Shown: positions 1 through 13,401 of the stretch, piece after piece
Layout of the letters: the number at the start of each line of letters is the position of its first letter
Numbering within the stretch: the first letter of the stretch is position 1
From: Eledone cirrhosa
Taxonomy: Eukaryota
DNA length: 64,000 nt
Direction of reading: 5' to 3'
NCBI GenBank assembly: GCA_964016885.1
Contig: OZ024743.1
Span: 119,598,001-119,662,000, forward strand
Program-made: the position numbers and the translations under genes
The notes under the pieces: generated by a model
The model's database searches: none
What the model was told of the DNA's origin: nothing
The model's input: the letters and a program-made list of their open reading frames with translations, nothing else

Positions 1-78
1 CTAATACTTATACTGTCTGTACTGCACTCTTCGTTATTGTCTTTGTTTTTTTGTTTTTAACTTTTCTCTCTCTCTCTT

Positions 79-159
<81 letters not shown>

Positions 160-162
<3 letters not shown>

Positions 163-556
163 AAAGGTAAACAGAAATAATAACACAATCGGTACAGTAT
201 ATGGATGGGATATATTAGGTTAACGCTTGATATAGCAGGAAGAGGGTCTTAACGTTTCGGGCGCTAGTCCTTCATCAGAAGAAAGAATGAAAAATAAGAT
301 AGATTGATGGGACGGGTGGGATGGAATTGGAAAACATGTCTTTACCGAGAATATACCTTATAGAATATATGTCAAAGTGCGAATAAGAAATAAGACAATA
401 AAATGCAGCACCAGAGAACAACACACACAATAATAGTCTTAGCATTTCAGATACTAGTCCTTCCTTGGAAGGTAGAGACAGAGATAGAAAGAAGAGATAT
501 AAGAGTAAAAAGTAAAACAGGAAACATGGAAAAAGAGGAAAACACGTGTGAGTCAG

Positions 557-560
<4 letters not shown>
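160..560 (-). mobile_element. Short non-coding HHR-bearing repeat (retrozyme/PLE pLTR-like), two tandem subunits, between (TA)n and (CA)n
   Basis: Minus strand CTGATGA-AGGACTAGCGCCC-GAAA-CGTTA (core 278-255); degenerate second core at ~437-470; ends ...TATTTCTGTTTACCTTTTACA then (TA)n; homologous to 23020-23268 (+) and 25917-25990 (+). Confidence 0.6.
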
Positions 561-596
<36 letters not shown>

Positions 597-636
597 ACCC
601 ACACACACATACACACACACACACATACACATATAT

Positions 637-885
637 CGACAGTCGATCGACAAGAGACCAGACCTCATTCACATAACGAGTGGGGTGGAGCTCGTCAAAT
701 CGGACCGAGGAAACAATGTTTTCATTGGCTTTTCTAATTGCTAATATTATATGTCGGTCGCAAATCCAGGCAGAAGGAGCAACCTGAAATAAAATGTCTT
801 GCCCAAGGATATGATGCATCGTTCGATCCGGAATCGAAATCACAACCTCATGGTTGCGAATCCAATTCTCTAACCACTCTAACCA
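637..885 (-). mobile_element. tRNA-derived SINE family B
   Basis: Minus strand GTGGTTAGAG (A box) ... GATTTCGATTCC (B box), then TCCTTGGGCAAGACATTTTATTTC central motif; homologues at ~8365-8660, 27810-27887 and 48822-48980. Confidence 0.7.
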
Positions 886-1058
886 CTTCACATATGTATT
901 GTACACATACAAATCTGGCTGATCAGTGGGCCTGCTAATATGCAGATCAGACGGATCGGCCAGTCTGCTAATACCCAATTCAGGCCGATCAGTCACTGTA
1001 TATTTTAGAAAATATCATATATTTTCACTAGCTCTGACTGTTGGCAGGTAAGCAGTAT

Positions 1059-1105
1059 ACTGTACTGATGAAGGGTAATCACCCAGAAACATTAGTGTCT
1101 GCAGT
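1059..1105 (+). ncRNA. Type I hammerhead ribozyme motif
   Basis: ACTGTA|CTGATGA|A-GGGT-AATC-ACCC-A|GAAA|CA-TTAG-TG|TC|TGCAGT: all three helices pair; GUC cleavage triplet at 1097-1099; A.A mismatch at the base of stem II. Confidence 0.75.
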
Positions 1106-1273
1106 TCTGTTTACATGTCAACACAATAGTAACAATGATGGAATCATTCTACTGACATGGCTTTAAAGAGGCTATTTGCATAATTGCAAACGAATTGAAT
1201 GTTTATTATTAATATTCGAAAAACTCAGATTACATTTGTAGTATTCAGACATGTAGAGCGATAAAACTATTTG

Positions 1274-1313
<40 letters not shown>

Positions 1314-1701
1314 AAAGAGAGAAAGAGATAGGGAGAGTGAAAGATAGAGAGAGATACATACATATGCATACACATACAGATTCTCTCTCCTTCTCTCAAC
1401 TAGTACTATTTTAACGACCCAAGAAAGATGAATGGCTAATCTGACCTGCACGGGATATTTGAACTCACAATGTAGATACTGTATGATAATTTGTCCGATT
1501 CTCTAATGACAGCTAATAAAATAATTTGTTTCATGAAAGTTAAAATTCGTCCTCTCTTTCTCTTCCTCACTTACTCCCCCCTCCTTCTCTATCTCTCTCT
1601 TCCCTAAGATGAAAGTCAAAGTTGACATCGGTTGGATTTGAACCCAGAATCTAAATGACTGTAACTAAACGCCCAGAAACATTTTGTCCAGCGCTCTAGT
1701 G

Positions 1702-1878
1702 ATTGTTTCTACTTTTGGCACAAGGCCAGCAATTATCCTAGTGTATTACTGGTACTTTATGTTATCGACCCCGTAAGGATGAAAGGCAAAGTTAACCTCG
1801 GCGGGATTTGAACTCAGAATGGCAAGGGCCGTAACTCTTTGCTGCAAAGCATGGCGTCAGACCCTCTACCGATACTAC
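1702..1878 (-). mobile_element. tRNA-derived SINE family A (short 3' form)
   Basis: Reverse complement of the consensus seen at 61561-61745, with B box GTTCAAATCC and 3' GGCCTTGTGCCAAAAGTAGAAACAAT. Confidence 0.85.
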
Positions 1879-2684
1879 CGTCCAGCGCTCTAATGATGGA
1901 GGCTAAACACCCAGTAAATAAATCATGATGCGTTTCATGACAAGAATTCGTCCTGTCTCGCTCGCTCTCTCACATTCTCTCAATCCTTTCTCTCTTTCTC
2001 TCTTTCTCTCTTTCTCCCCTCTTTCGTTTTTCCATGGAAATCAAGTGAGTCTTTTTAACTCAATGACCTTAAATTTAGAGACTCCACTTATTGTTGCTAT
2101 TCCGCCTAACTATGCCCTATGTTACCCTCCCTCGAACCTACATTTTCGCAGGTCATTTCTGGATGTATCTCTGTCGTGCTGTACGAACAAATAAGGATAA
2201 ATAAACGGATAAATAAATAAATGAAATTTACAAACGACAATAAGAACAGTAACACTAAAAATAAATACAACAAAAGATGGTATTTCGCGGCGGCTCTTGT
2301 TTCTAATCGTCAGAGAATGGACGTTTTTTTTATGTCACTCTAATAGCCAGCTATCAGTTATAAGAGAAAATATATAAAAAACACAGTCAAAAACGTGGTA
2401 ACTAAGAGATAGACAGCAAGCAGTCCTAGTATTTAAAACAAGTAAATCATGGGCAGATAAAATGTTGTTGTTGTAGTTATTGTTATAGTTGTTGTATTCT
2501 TTAGTGGTGCCGGTGGTAGTGGTGGTGGGGTTGGAATGGGAGACGGATCTTGTTTATATTATTGTTGTAGGGAAACACATTTATATTCTTTAATAGAAGA
2601 TACCTGTCGATCGGGTAAGATGTAGTCAACACACACACACTCATACGCACAAACATATATCCATGTGTGTGTATACATACATTT

Positions 2685-2732
<48 letters not shown>

Positions 2733-2862
2733 TGTATATATATATCCGTGTGTGTGTGTGTGTAGCAATGTCCGTAGGTGTGAACAAGCAAGAAAGGAAA
2801 ACAGTGCTCAATCGGGAAGAGATCAAAAATATATTATTCATTTATGTTCATACACAGAACAA

Positions 2863-2951
2863 AAGCGCTACCCAATATTTCAAGGGCCAATGTCTACCAC
2901 ATCCCCAGAATACAAGAGGGGTCAAAATTGTGACCTATCTTCAGATGCTTA
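2863..2951 (-). ncRNA. Hammerhead motif with long stem II (left member of a divergent pair)
   Basis: Minus strand CTGAAGA-(~56 nt hairpin)-GAAA-TATTGGG-TA-GCGCTT; diverged inverted copy of 2964-3051. Confidence 0.5.
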
Positions 2952-2963
2952 TTAAACTCGTAT

Positions 2964-3051
2964 AAGGGCCTGACGACAGGGCACAATTTTGATCCCTCTT
3001 GTATTCTGGAGGTGTGGTCAAAATTGGGTCTTGAAACCTTGAGTAGCGCTT
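2964..3051 (+). ncRNA. Hammerhead motif with long stem II (right member of a divergent pair)
   Basis: AAGGGC|CTGACGA|stem II with AATTTTGA/TCAAAATT|GAAA|C-CTTGA-G|TA|GCGCTT. Confidence 0.6.
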
Positions 3052-3430
3052 TTTTCCGAGTATGATCATAAATACATGCACTCCACCACAGGATTCTGGT
3101 TTATTATTGCTGGCGTCTGCTGGATGCTGGAAGAGCAGTAAACTAAAACATTTAGGCTGATTTGAACTCTGTGACCGTATCATCTCACCGGCTGTGGTGA
3201 GGGCGGCGTGGTATGTGAGATAGACTTGTCTATGCGGCCCGAGCTGCTGGCATGGAGATGGGTGGTAAATGGATGGTCAGCAAGTCCTCATGTCTACGCA
3301 TGCGCAAAGCTGTGGAGGGGAACTAAAGTTGACAAGGGAGATGAGATCAGCTATGAAAACATCATTTTTGTCCGTTCCCTTGTCTTTATATTGGATTGCC
3401 TCGGAAACGTAACCTTATTACATAATGATA

Positions 3431-3509
3431 CTGTCTGATGAGATCACGTGACTAGTTACGTCATTGAACAATCACGTAGCAACGATCGTCTTTGAAATAT
3501 GTATCACAG
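3431..3509 (+). ncRNA. Hammerhead motif in a pLTR-like module ending at (TA)n at ~3706
   Basis: CTGT|CTGATGA|long stem II containing GTTACGT/ACGTAGC|GAAA|TATGTA|TC|ACAG; near-palindromic stem III. Confidence 0.6.
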
Positions 3510-3701
3510 CGTTGTTAATAAAAGCATCTTTAATATCTACACCGAACTTCGCATTTTCCCTACTCTATATATAATCCGTCACTGACTGACAAATCATATA
3601 TGGAAGAAAAAACATGACGGTGAGTGCTTGAACCGAATTGCACCATTATTTATTTATTGGTGCGTTGCGTACGCAACTCCGTTTAGTCAGCAAACTTACC
3701 G

Positions 3702-3765
<64 letters not shown>

Positions 3766-3909
3766 TCCCGTTAAGGGTGAAAGCAGCGATTCTTTGCTTA
3801 AACTTTAATCTGCTATTTTAATAAATATTTCCTCTACGGTTCTTATATATTTGATATATATTTATCCTTATCGAGCTCTCTTTGGATTGTAGTGTTCAAA
3901 TTTTATTAT

Positions 3910-3980
<71 letters not shown>

Positions 3981-4151
3981 TATATAGGAAAATGTTTAAC
4001 ACAGACGGCAGAGCTCAAGCCGTTTCGACGGCTCTTTCTGAAATAGCCGTCGAAACGGGTTAAACATTTTCCTATTACCCACTCTACTACCCTAAGTATT
4101 GTGTAGTCTGGTGCGTTATGGTCCATCTGATTCCTTACCACAACTCCTTCG

Positions 4152-4221
<70 letters not shown>

Positions 4222-4842
4222 CTCTAAACGAAATGAATTGAAAACAAATGCAGTCATACATATATAGAAAAACAATGCACTTTTTTTAATTTTAAACTCG
4301 GACTTGATTATGTTTCTGCTAGATGAACACTAACATATGTGCATACGCTTTATCAGTCGTACTGCAATATATGTTGGAATAAACCAGTTTACATATATTT
4401 ATAGATATTTTAAAACAAACCGCGAAGCACTGGCGCTGGTTGTAGTGGCGGCTGTGATGGTGGAGATAAACTCTAGGTCAGACCTGATTGACGAAACCTA
4501 TCATGAATGACACCTTAACGGTGGCCATCTCACCTTTTCCGTTTACGCAACGAACCCCTGATGACATCTTACCATCTTAGTGTATTAGCTGTGAATTATA
4601 AACAGGGTGGTGGTGAAATATAAATCTAACTCACTATAACGTGTTATGTAAACAATTAGATCACTGTGAATGTTTATGATGTAATGTTTAGGTAATCACA
4701 GATCTATGTAAATAATATTGTTATACAGATTTAGACTGAAAACAGAATAAAAGCGTATAATAGTACACTTGACCGCAGTTCCAGGCCAGGAGATAATAAA
4801 CAAACAATAGAGAATGTTTAGAGGCAGATACAGTCTGGTGCT

Positions 4843-4879
<37 letters not shown>

Positions 4880-5276
4880 TGCTTGACTGCTAAAATCAGC
4901 TTGAGATTCAATCCAGTTACACTTGACCGTTTATTCGGGTCAAGGTTCAATAGTCTATATTCGGCGGCAGATTTAGCTGAAGAGTGCATCAACCACACTT
5001 GACCGCACATTCAGGACATGATTCAGTCCATTAACTCTAGCCTAGAAATTTAGGCAAATATCTTATAATTCAGAATTGACAGGATTTACTAGTTCATTGG
5101 CGAGAATAAATTCGTCTCGAGTCAGTCAGTACAAATGTTAAAGCTGAAACTCGAGGTAACGTCTCGTCTCGACTGACTTCAGCAATATTTAAAAACTGTC
5201 TGAGTGGAGCTTCAGAATGGTAACACATTTTGCTAAAAATAGTAGCCAAAGAGAAAAAAAAAAGGTTACATTAAAT

Positions 5277-5463
5277 AATTGTTTCTGTTTTTGGCACACG
5301 GCCAGCAATTATCATAGTGTATTACTGGTACTTTATTTTATCAAACCCGTAAGAATGAAAGGCAAAGTTAACCTCGGCGCGATTTGAACTCAGACCGTAA
5401 AAGGGCGTAACTCTATGCTGCAAAGCATTGCGTCCGACCCTCTACCGATAATGCCAATCCACC
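5277..5463 (-). mobile_element. SINE family A
   Basis: Full-length match to family consensus including A box TGGCATTATCGG and B box GTTCAAATC. Confidence 0.85.
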
Positions 5464-7278
5464 GAATGTATTCAAAATAGAGTATATAAATAAAGTACAA
5501 AACAAAAATATACTAAACGATACGGTCACGGACAGAACACATTTACTCAGGGATGACCTGGAGATCATCAACAACACTATTTGTTTCACTTTCTTATTCA
5601 TCATCATCAGTTTCATTGTTTCCTCTTTCGGTTGATTTCGTTCAGTTGTAAACCGACACCTAATTTTCAAACTTTTACATTTACTCTTGTACAATTTTGC
5701 ATATCTATTTGTTAATTCTGTCATCACCACTTCGCTACGTACGGAGAAACATAGACGTTGTTAAGCTGGTTTAAGAAAAACTGGTTCCTCATACTTTCTG
5801 GAATAATTAATATTGGTCAATTATTAATAATGACTATAGCTTGAAATTAGAAGTAACTGCCAAAAATGCGGCAAATATTTAATTCTGTCTGCCTTGTATA
5901 TTTATAGAGTTTAGTGATAGATAAGAGTGAGTAAGCGATTACTGTTATGTAGTCCCAAGTCAATAATCAAACGCATTCAATCCATGATCATCCCGTGTTT
6001 ATCCAATGCGCAGGGGACGCTAAGTTCACATTATCCAACACAGCGTTTTTAATGATGGCGTGATTGGGTTTGGAGCGAGATTTGTCAGCTATTTCTAGCA
6101 GGTACAGTGTCTCCGTAGAAGTTCCTGCATTTTGTTAATTCATTCTTAATGCTGTTGTTGATTAGCTCCGGATCAACCCACACCAATGATCCAAGGTTTT
6201 GCAGCCGTGACCACCATGTCATTTTTCCATGAACAGAAAATTCTTTCCCACATTACCCAACGTGTCCTTTTTAAAAACAACAGAATGTAATTGAAGGGCA
6301 ATTTGACTGCTATTTCTAACAGCTGCAGAGACCACCTATAACGGTTCCTGCATTGGCTCATGCTTCGATATAATCAGTGGGATGAAGAAACAAGTATTAA
6401 AAGCTCTACTATCCGCCTTAATTCAAGCGCTAGCTAGTATACACGGACCTGTCTGAGTTCGGCGTTTACCTTTGTTCATGAGATTACGCTGACATCTGCA
6501 ATACGAACGAATACTCGGAAAACATACTACGACAACTTGTCAACTGGCTAATGATTCATTACATCTTCCCCTTCTAACTGTTTAAGAGTCACAGTAGGGG
6601 ATCGAGCAGAATAGGTCAGGAACATAGCTATCTTTCGAGACGGCAAAATATATATATATAAATAAATAAATAAAAACTTTACATTGTTGTTCATCCTTCA
6701 CATAGAACCACCTTTCCGTTCCCCCACTTCCTACTGTTCGTCTAACTCAGGCGGTTGAAGGTGGGTTAGATGGACGGTGAGGTGAGTGGAGATCACCAAT
6801 TAACAGTAGTTTCAGAAGTGAACTGTTTGGACATCATAGTCCCATTACCGAGTGTCAGATCACAAAGATAAAGGAAGATTGGAAAATAAATAAATAAATA
6901 AATAAATAATGTTACTAATAAAAAGATAGATAGAGATGGTTGGGAAACGGGAGTTAGAGATGTTCATAGAAGCTTCAGGTAGCAGGAGCATCTCGAAGTC
7001 GATCTTGTCTTGGTGCATATTAAACTACTGTGAATATACACATATACATAAGTTTTTTTGTTTGTTTGTTTGCAGTTTAGTATGTATGTGCGTATTATAT
7101 ATGTATGTATGCATGAATGAGTAGATGTATGTATAAATGTATGTATGTGTGTATGTTTGTGTGTATATTCTTTTATAGGTCTCAAACATTGGACTACGGC
7201 CAAGCTAGAGCATAGCCTTCAAGGGTTTTAGTTGAACATATCAATTCCATTAGATATCTCAGTCGGGAATTTGACCCG

Positions 7279-7318
<40 letters not shown>

Positions 7319-7343
7319 AATATATATACATACATACACACAT

Positions 7344-7469
<126 letters not shown>

Positions 7470-8364
7470 TATCAGTCTAAGACACGAGTCGCTTAGGTGC
7501 TCCATTCCCTACTCATCGTGACACCATATCGCACCGACACAACTACAACAAGTGCCTTTGTATATAGTACAATGCACCAACTCCTTCTCCGATAGCTTGT
7601 TATTATGCTGATAATTAGGCACATTTCAAGAGAATAATAAAGCAATAAAGAAACCCTTATATGCGTATTGAATTAGAGAAATGAAAAGATATTTTATAAG
7701 AATCTTTTAGTATGTCAAATTTGCAGTGTTCAAGTGTTTAATAATTCACTCTCGCAATGAATTAGTGGTTTCATATGCTGTATAGAGACACTTTTCTTAA
7801 TAACGGTTTTCTCGGCTCCTTCCCAGGCTAGCTATTCTATGAGTGGGTTGCTGCTGTTGTTACTACTGCTATTGTTCATGTTGCTATTGTATTGAAAATA
7901 TGTGTTATCGTGAGAAAGACGGCGCCTGGTTAATCCTTTAAATGAGGCATCTACAGGATTTTCTAAAGAAAGATGCATTCCAACTGTTTATAACCTTACA
8001 ATACTGAGTTGGATTTAGAAATAATTAACAGGAGGTATTTGCCAGCAACACGGTATTGGCCAACCTACAGTTGAGTCAGTGTTGAGCAGTGCAACAATGC
8101 TATAAACTGAGACATATCTCATGAATAGATATCTAAGTAGTATAAGAGTCATAGATTCTTGAAATTTCAAATTATGAGACAGTCGCAAGCGTTCAATCAC
8201 ATTGCAGAGCAAATTGAGTATGTGTCTCTGACCATGGCTTCCGAACGAACGACCAATTACATCTGAGAAGAATTTAGAAGGATGAATCTTTGCAGACACC
8301 TCTCTTATATACATATGTGCGTGCGTGTATGATATTGTGTCTATGTTGTGAAGGGGCATGTTAT

Positions 8365-8660
8365 ACTGGGGTAGGGTGTTCAGTTTACGATCACGTGGTC
8401 ATGAGTTCGGCTCCCGGTGGTACGATGTGCCCTTGAGCAAGACATTTTATTTCACACTGCTCTAGTCCACTCAGCTATCAGAAATGTGTTGTATATATAA
8501 TTCAAAGAGCCAGTCTTGTAACACTGAATCACCCTGAGAATTACGTTAATAGTACAAGTGTCTATGGAAATCTAAGTCACTTGCATGTTAATTTTCTGAA
8601 GCAGGCTGTTCCGGTGTTCATACAATTGGAGCACTCATTGTCGTAACCGACGGAAGGCCT
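8365..8660 (+). mobile_element. Degenerate tRNA-derived SINE (family B-like)
   Basis: GAGTTCGGCTCCC B-box-like motif followed by CCCTTGAGCAAGACATTTTATTTCAC. Confidence 0.55.
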
Positions 8661-9552
8661 ACAAAATAACATGGTTGTGTATACCGCTGCGTTAAACAAC
8701 ATCTCTTTAAGTGCGACCGGTATTCGATAAATTCACATTCAGCCATGTTCTATCTCATGTTAGATGAAACATCTTCATGGCATTGTTAGATTATTCTAAT
8801 TGTTGGCATAGTTTTCTATGCTGGCCAATTGTGTGTTGGATAAAGTCAGTGGGTTCACGGTAGCCTTGATTTAGAAGACCTATTATGAAAGCAAATCCAT
8901 TTCTGAGCACCTCGTGACTCCATTAACTAATGCATGCTTTTCTTAAACGGTGGAGATATGATCTGGGGAGGATTTGACTCCTATGTTTAGCAAATAGGGT
9001 CACCACATCGAAAGGGCCCATGATTCGCTCAATTTCACAATTGTGTGTTTGAAGAAAAGCATCCTAGATGTACTGTACAAAGAATTGTAATAAAAGACTA
9101 AGTGTAAGACTAAGACATATATGCCTAACATGAGCCAAGATAAATAAATATGATAAAAGAGAATTGCCACATAAACATTTCAAGCTAGAGAGTTAGGCAA
9201 TAAATAATGAGATGATAAAATAAAATATATTGTGAAAGAAATATTCGCATTGTAAATTATGTTTAAACAGAAATAACTTCTTCCATTTATTTAAAGCAAT
9301 GTTACTTCTGAATTGTTTATTATCTGAAGTTTGGGTTAATCAGTGATTGATTATGTGTATTAATTTCTGAATAGCAAGGTAGTTATGGTAAATATGATGT
9401 TTATGTATTTTAGTTTTTAAATGGAGGAAAAGCTGCGCACATCATCTTTTTTTACAGGGCAAACGAGACTGGTGTGAGCAAAGAAAGCTTTCCTTATCGT
9501 CCCATTGGTGAATTAAACTGGACACAGGTAATAAGCCCATCTTTGTCGGCAT

Positions 9553-9770
9553 TTGGATTGGCAGTATCGGTAGGGAGTTGGACGCCATGCTTTGCAGCAT
9601 AGAGTTACGGCCCTTTATGATCTGAGTTCAAATTCCACCAATGTTATCTTTGACTTTCATCCTTACGGGGTCGGTAAAATAAAGTACCAGTCACGTATTG
9701 GGGTCGATTTAATCGACTTTCCACTCCCCCCAAATTACTGGCCTTGTGTCTATATAAGAAATCTTTATAC
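9553..9770 (+). mobile_element. SINE family A (long 3' form)
   Basis: TGGCAGTATCGG ... GTTCAAATTCC ... GGGGTCGATTTAATCGACTT ... GGCCTTGTGTC. Confidence 0.85.
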
Positions 9771-9925
9771 TTAGTCGCTAAATTATCAACGTTGATCACC
9801 AGCACCATCGCAATTACATGGTTCAATAAGCGTAGAAAATATAACACAGTAGACTTATCTAATTCGACATAAGGAGTTTGAAATTGATATTACACTATTT
9901 TAGTGACACTTATACCAACATAATA

Positions 9926-10105
9926 ATTGTTTCTACTATTGGCAAAAAGCCAGCGATTACACAATACATTACTGGTACTTCATTTTATCGACTCCGTAAG
10001 GATGAAAGGCAAAATTAACCTCGCCGGGATTTGAACTCAGACCATAGAGGGCCGTAACTCTTTGCTGCAAAGCATGGCGTCAGACCCTCTACCGATACTG
10101 CCAAT
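9926..10105 (-). mobile_element. SINE family A (short 3' form)
   Basis: Reverse-complement match to consensus. Confidence 0.85.
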
Positions 10106-10664
10106 CTAGTATAATGAACACTTATTTTAAAAAGTAATCTCTGTGTGTAAATTCAACAGCACCTAGATCAAAATATGTTCATTGCTTCCACCATTTAATT
10201 ACAAGGACTTGAAACACTCCCACAACACTGTCTTGTTTTTGAAAAGGATTTTATCAGCTAATATTATAGGAGGTATCTCCCTTGTTTGCTGCTCTTTCGA
10301 TTTGAACATTGCCAAGTGTTTATATTTTCAAATTGCGGGGAAAATCACGCTCGATTGAAAACGATCGACTCACTTTGTTACATACGTGTATCGCTAGTGC
10401 ATGTTTGTGCGCGCGCATGTGTGTGCTTGTGCGCGCACATGTGTGCGCTTGTGCGCTCTTATACATATACTATTTATACATATACAAGCACCCATATCAG
10501 GTATTAAGGTATAGTTTTACTGGTCGTAAATATTGTATAATTGTAACTGTTTGGTATATCAATTACACACTCACACATACTCAGTCACTCACTCACAACA
10601 CACTAACGCACACACACACATATACATAAATTTATATATATATTACATATATATATATATATAC

Positions 10665-10754
<90 letters not shown>

Positions 10755-10820
10755 TATAAGTTATATATATTATATTATGATATATATATATATATATTAT
10801 ATTATATTATATATTATAAG

Positions 10821-10855
<35 letters not shown>

Positions 10856-11024
10856 ATGTATATATGTCTGTATGTAGATATAGATATATACACACATGAT
10901 CTATGTACATATGAATGTTTATCTCTCCCACTTTTTCTATATTCTACACACACATACACACGCGCACACACACACAAACGCACAAACACACACACGCAAA
11001 CATATGTACATAGATCATGTGTGT

Positions 11025-11229
<205 letters not shown>

Positions 11230-11692
11230 GCGACGGTGGTATGTGTGTATGTGAATATTTGTGTGTCAGTTCTGCTTGAATACACACCGTATACGACACG
11301 ATAACTCTTTACTGTGTTATTCAAAAAAAAAAAAGAAAAAAATACACTTCATTTCAAACAACCTCTAATATACATTAATTTAAGAATAAAAACATACTGC
11401 CATTTATTTATTTTCTCTGAGTACAACTGTTAAAGCCACAGCTATTTATTATGACATATAGTAACACCTTTATTGTTTGTCTATGTGAATGTAATACTTT
11501 GAAATTATCACCACCCATTTGTATATTGGTTATATTATTCAAAACGTCTTAGATGTCTGGAGGATATCTTTTGATTGTGGTACTGGAGGTGTTGTGAGGT
11601 GTCAGTTTTTTTTAGTAGTATTTTTTAACATTTTATTTTTTTATTCTTCTATCACCGTATCGAATTACAAATATTTCACCCTGATATATATA

Positions 11693-11749
<57 letters not shown>

Positions 11750-11940
11750 GAGAGTCTTTGTGTACATGCATGTATGTGTATGTGTGTGTGTGTGTGTAAT
11801 TGTGCGTGCGTATGTGTAGTCGAGTCGTCATAACATTATGTCTTTTGATGAGTAGCTATTCAACAAAAACGTGATTAACGATAATTCTCAACCTATATAG
11901 TCCAAACAAAACATTTGAGAAATCTCTCTCTATATATAAG

Positions 11941-12031
<91 letters not shown>

Positions 12032-12086
12032 ATCTATATACATACATACATACATACATACATACATACATACATACATACATACA

Positions 12087-12117
<31 letters not shown>

Positions 12118-12170
12118 TTACAAACCTGTATATGTATATGTGTACAGACACCCGCACAAACACACACACG

Positions 12171-12210
<40 letters not shown>

Positions 12211-12217
12211 CACATAT

Positions 12218-12420
12218 CATCATCATTTGGTGGCCTCAGCCCAAATGGACTCAACAATTGAGTTCCACGTGGGTCTGTTGTTCATTGCCGTTGCCAAGTC
12301 CTGGATTTCAATACCAGAATCTCTGGAGATGACATCGGGATAGGAGAGTTTGCTCCCCCTGTTATTAGTGACTGCTTGTGGTTTCCAAAGCACTAATGAT
12401 GACACAGCCTCATGGGTGAC
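12218..12420 (-). mobile_element. RTE-clade LINE 3' end with (TGA)n tail
   Basis: Translates ...LVLWKPQAVTNNRGSKLSYPDVISRDSGIEIQDLATAMNNRPTWNSIV..., typical of RTE ORF C-termini, followed by TGATGATG. Confidence 0.65.
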
Positions 12421-13265
12421 ACACATTCCCCATTCCTCTTTATCATTGCACTAGACTACGCCCTGAGACTCACAATTGACAAAATCAATAACAAAGGTAT
12501 AACCATCAAACCCCCGCATGAGCGCTAGGCACCCCTCTAAACATCTCACTGACCTTGACTTTGCGGATGACATTATACTTCTTTTAGCAGTATAGGTAGA
12601 GGGTCGGACGCCATGCTTTGCAACAAAGAGTTACGGCCCTTTATGATCTGAGTTCAAATCCCGCCAAGGTTAACTTTGCCTTTCATCCTTACGGGTCGAT
12701 AAAATAAAGTACCAGTAATACACCGGGATAATTGCTGGCTTTGTGCCAAAAGTAGAAACAATTATACTTCTTGCAGATTGCCTAGAAAATGCGCAACGAC
12801 TTTTGACATCTTTCCAGGAAGCAGTTGCCCTCGCTGGCCTTCATCTCAATGATGGTAAAACAGAGTACATATTAAACTGTACATGCAACACCATCAAAGC
12901 AATGAATGGCAGAGATATCAAGCACGTCGAGGATTTCAAGTATCTTGGGTCCAGGATCATGGACTCTGAGAAGGATTTCACGACCAGAAAGGCCCAATCA
13001 TGCTCAGCTTGCAACAAGATGGATCGACTTTGGCGCTCAAATATTTCCAACCACACCAAGATCAGACTCTTCCAGGTAACAATTCAACCAATCTTGCCAT
13101 ATGGAAGTAAAACATGGACACTTTCATCCAAACAACAAAAGCACCTTGATGGCACTTAAACTCGCCTGCTTCAACGCATTCAGAAAATAACCTAGCGACA
13201 TCTGACTTTGAGAGAGATATATGCCGGCCCCCCCACGCATATCTGTCGTACGTAAAAGGAGAGCA
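12411..13265 (+). pseudogene. RTE-clade RT fragment (inverted 5' segment), interrupted by a SINE
   Basis: GDTHSPFLFIIALDYALR; DLDFADDI[SINE]ILLADCLENAQRLL; GLHLNDGKTEYI; VEDFKYLGS; PYGSKTWTL; contains stops and frameshifts. Confidence 0.8.
12584..12760 (+). mobile_element. SINE family A with 12-bp TSD
   Basis: ATTATACTTCTT duplicated at 12572-12583 and 12761-12772; removing the SINE restores FADDIILLAD. Confidence 0.9.
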
Positions 13266-13401
13266 TGCACATATACATATATATATATATGTATGTGTGT
13301 GTGTGTCTATATATACGCACATGTACATTGTTCGGTTCCTCGAGGTTATTTTGAGCGCGTCTTTTGAGTCCCGAAAGCCTGTGAAACACAAATCCACAAA
13401 T

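Noticed and set aside
4558-4630. CTGATGA...GAAA hammerhead-like string (also 2280-2315, 17035, 17944, 45041)
   Set aside because: Stems I and III do not pair
5413-5730. 105-aa minus-strand ORF
   Set aside because: No recognisable domain, and it runs into a SINE
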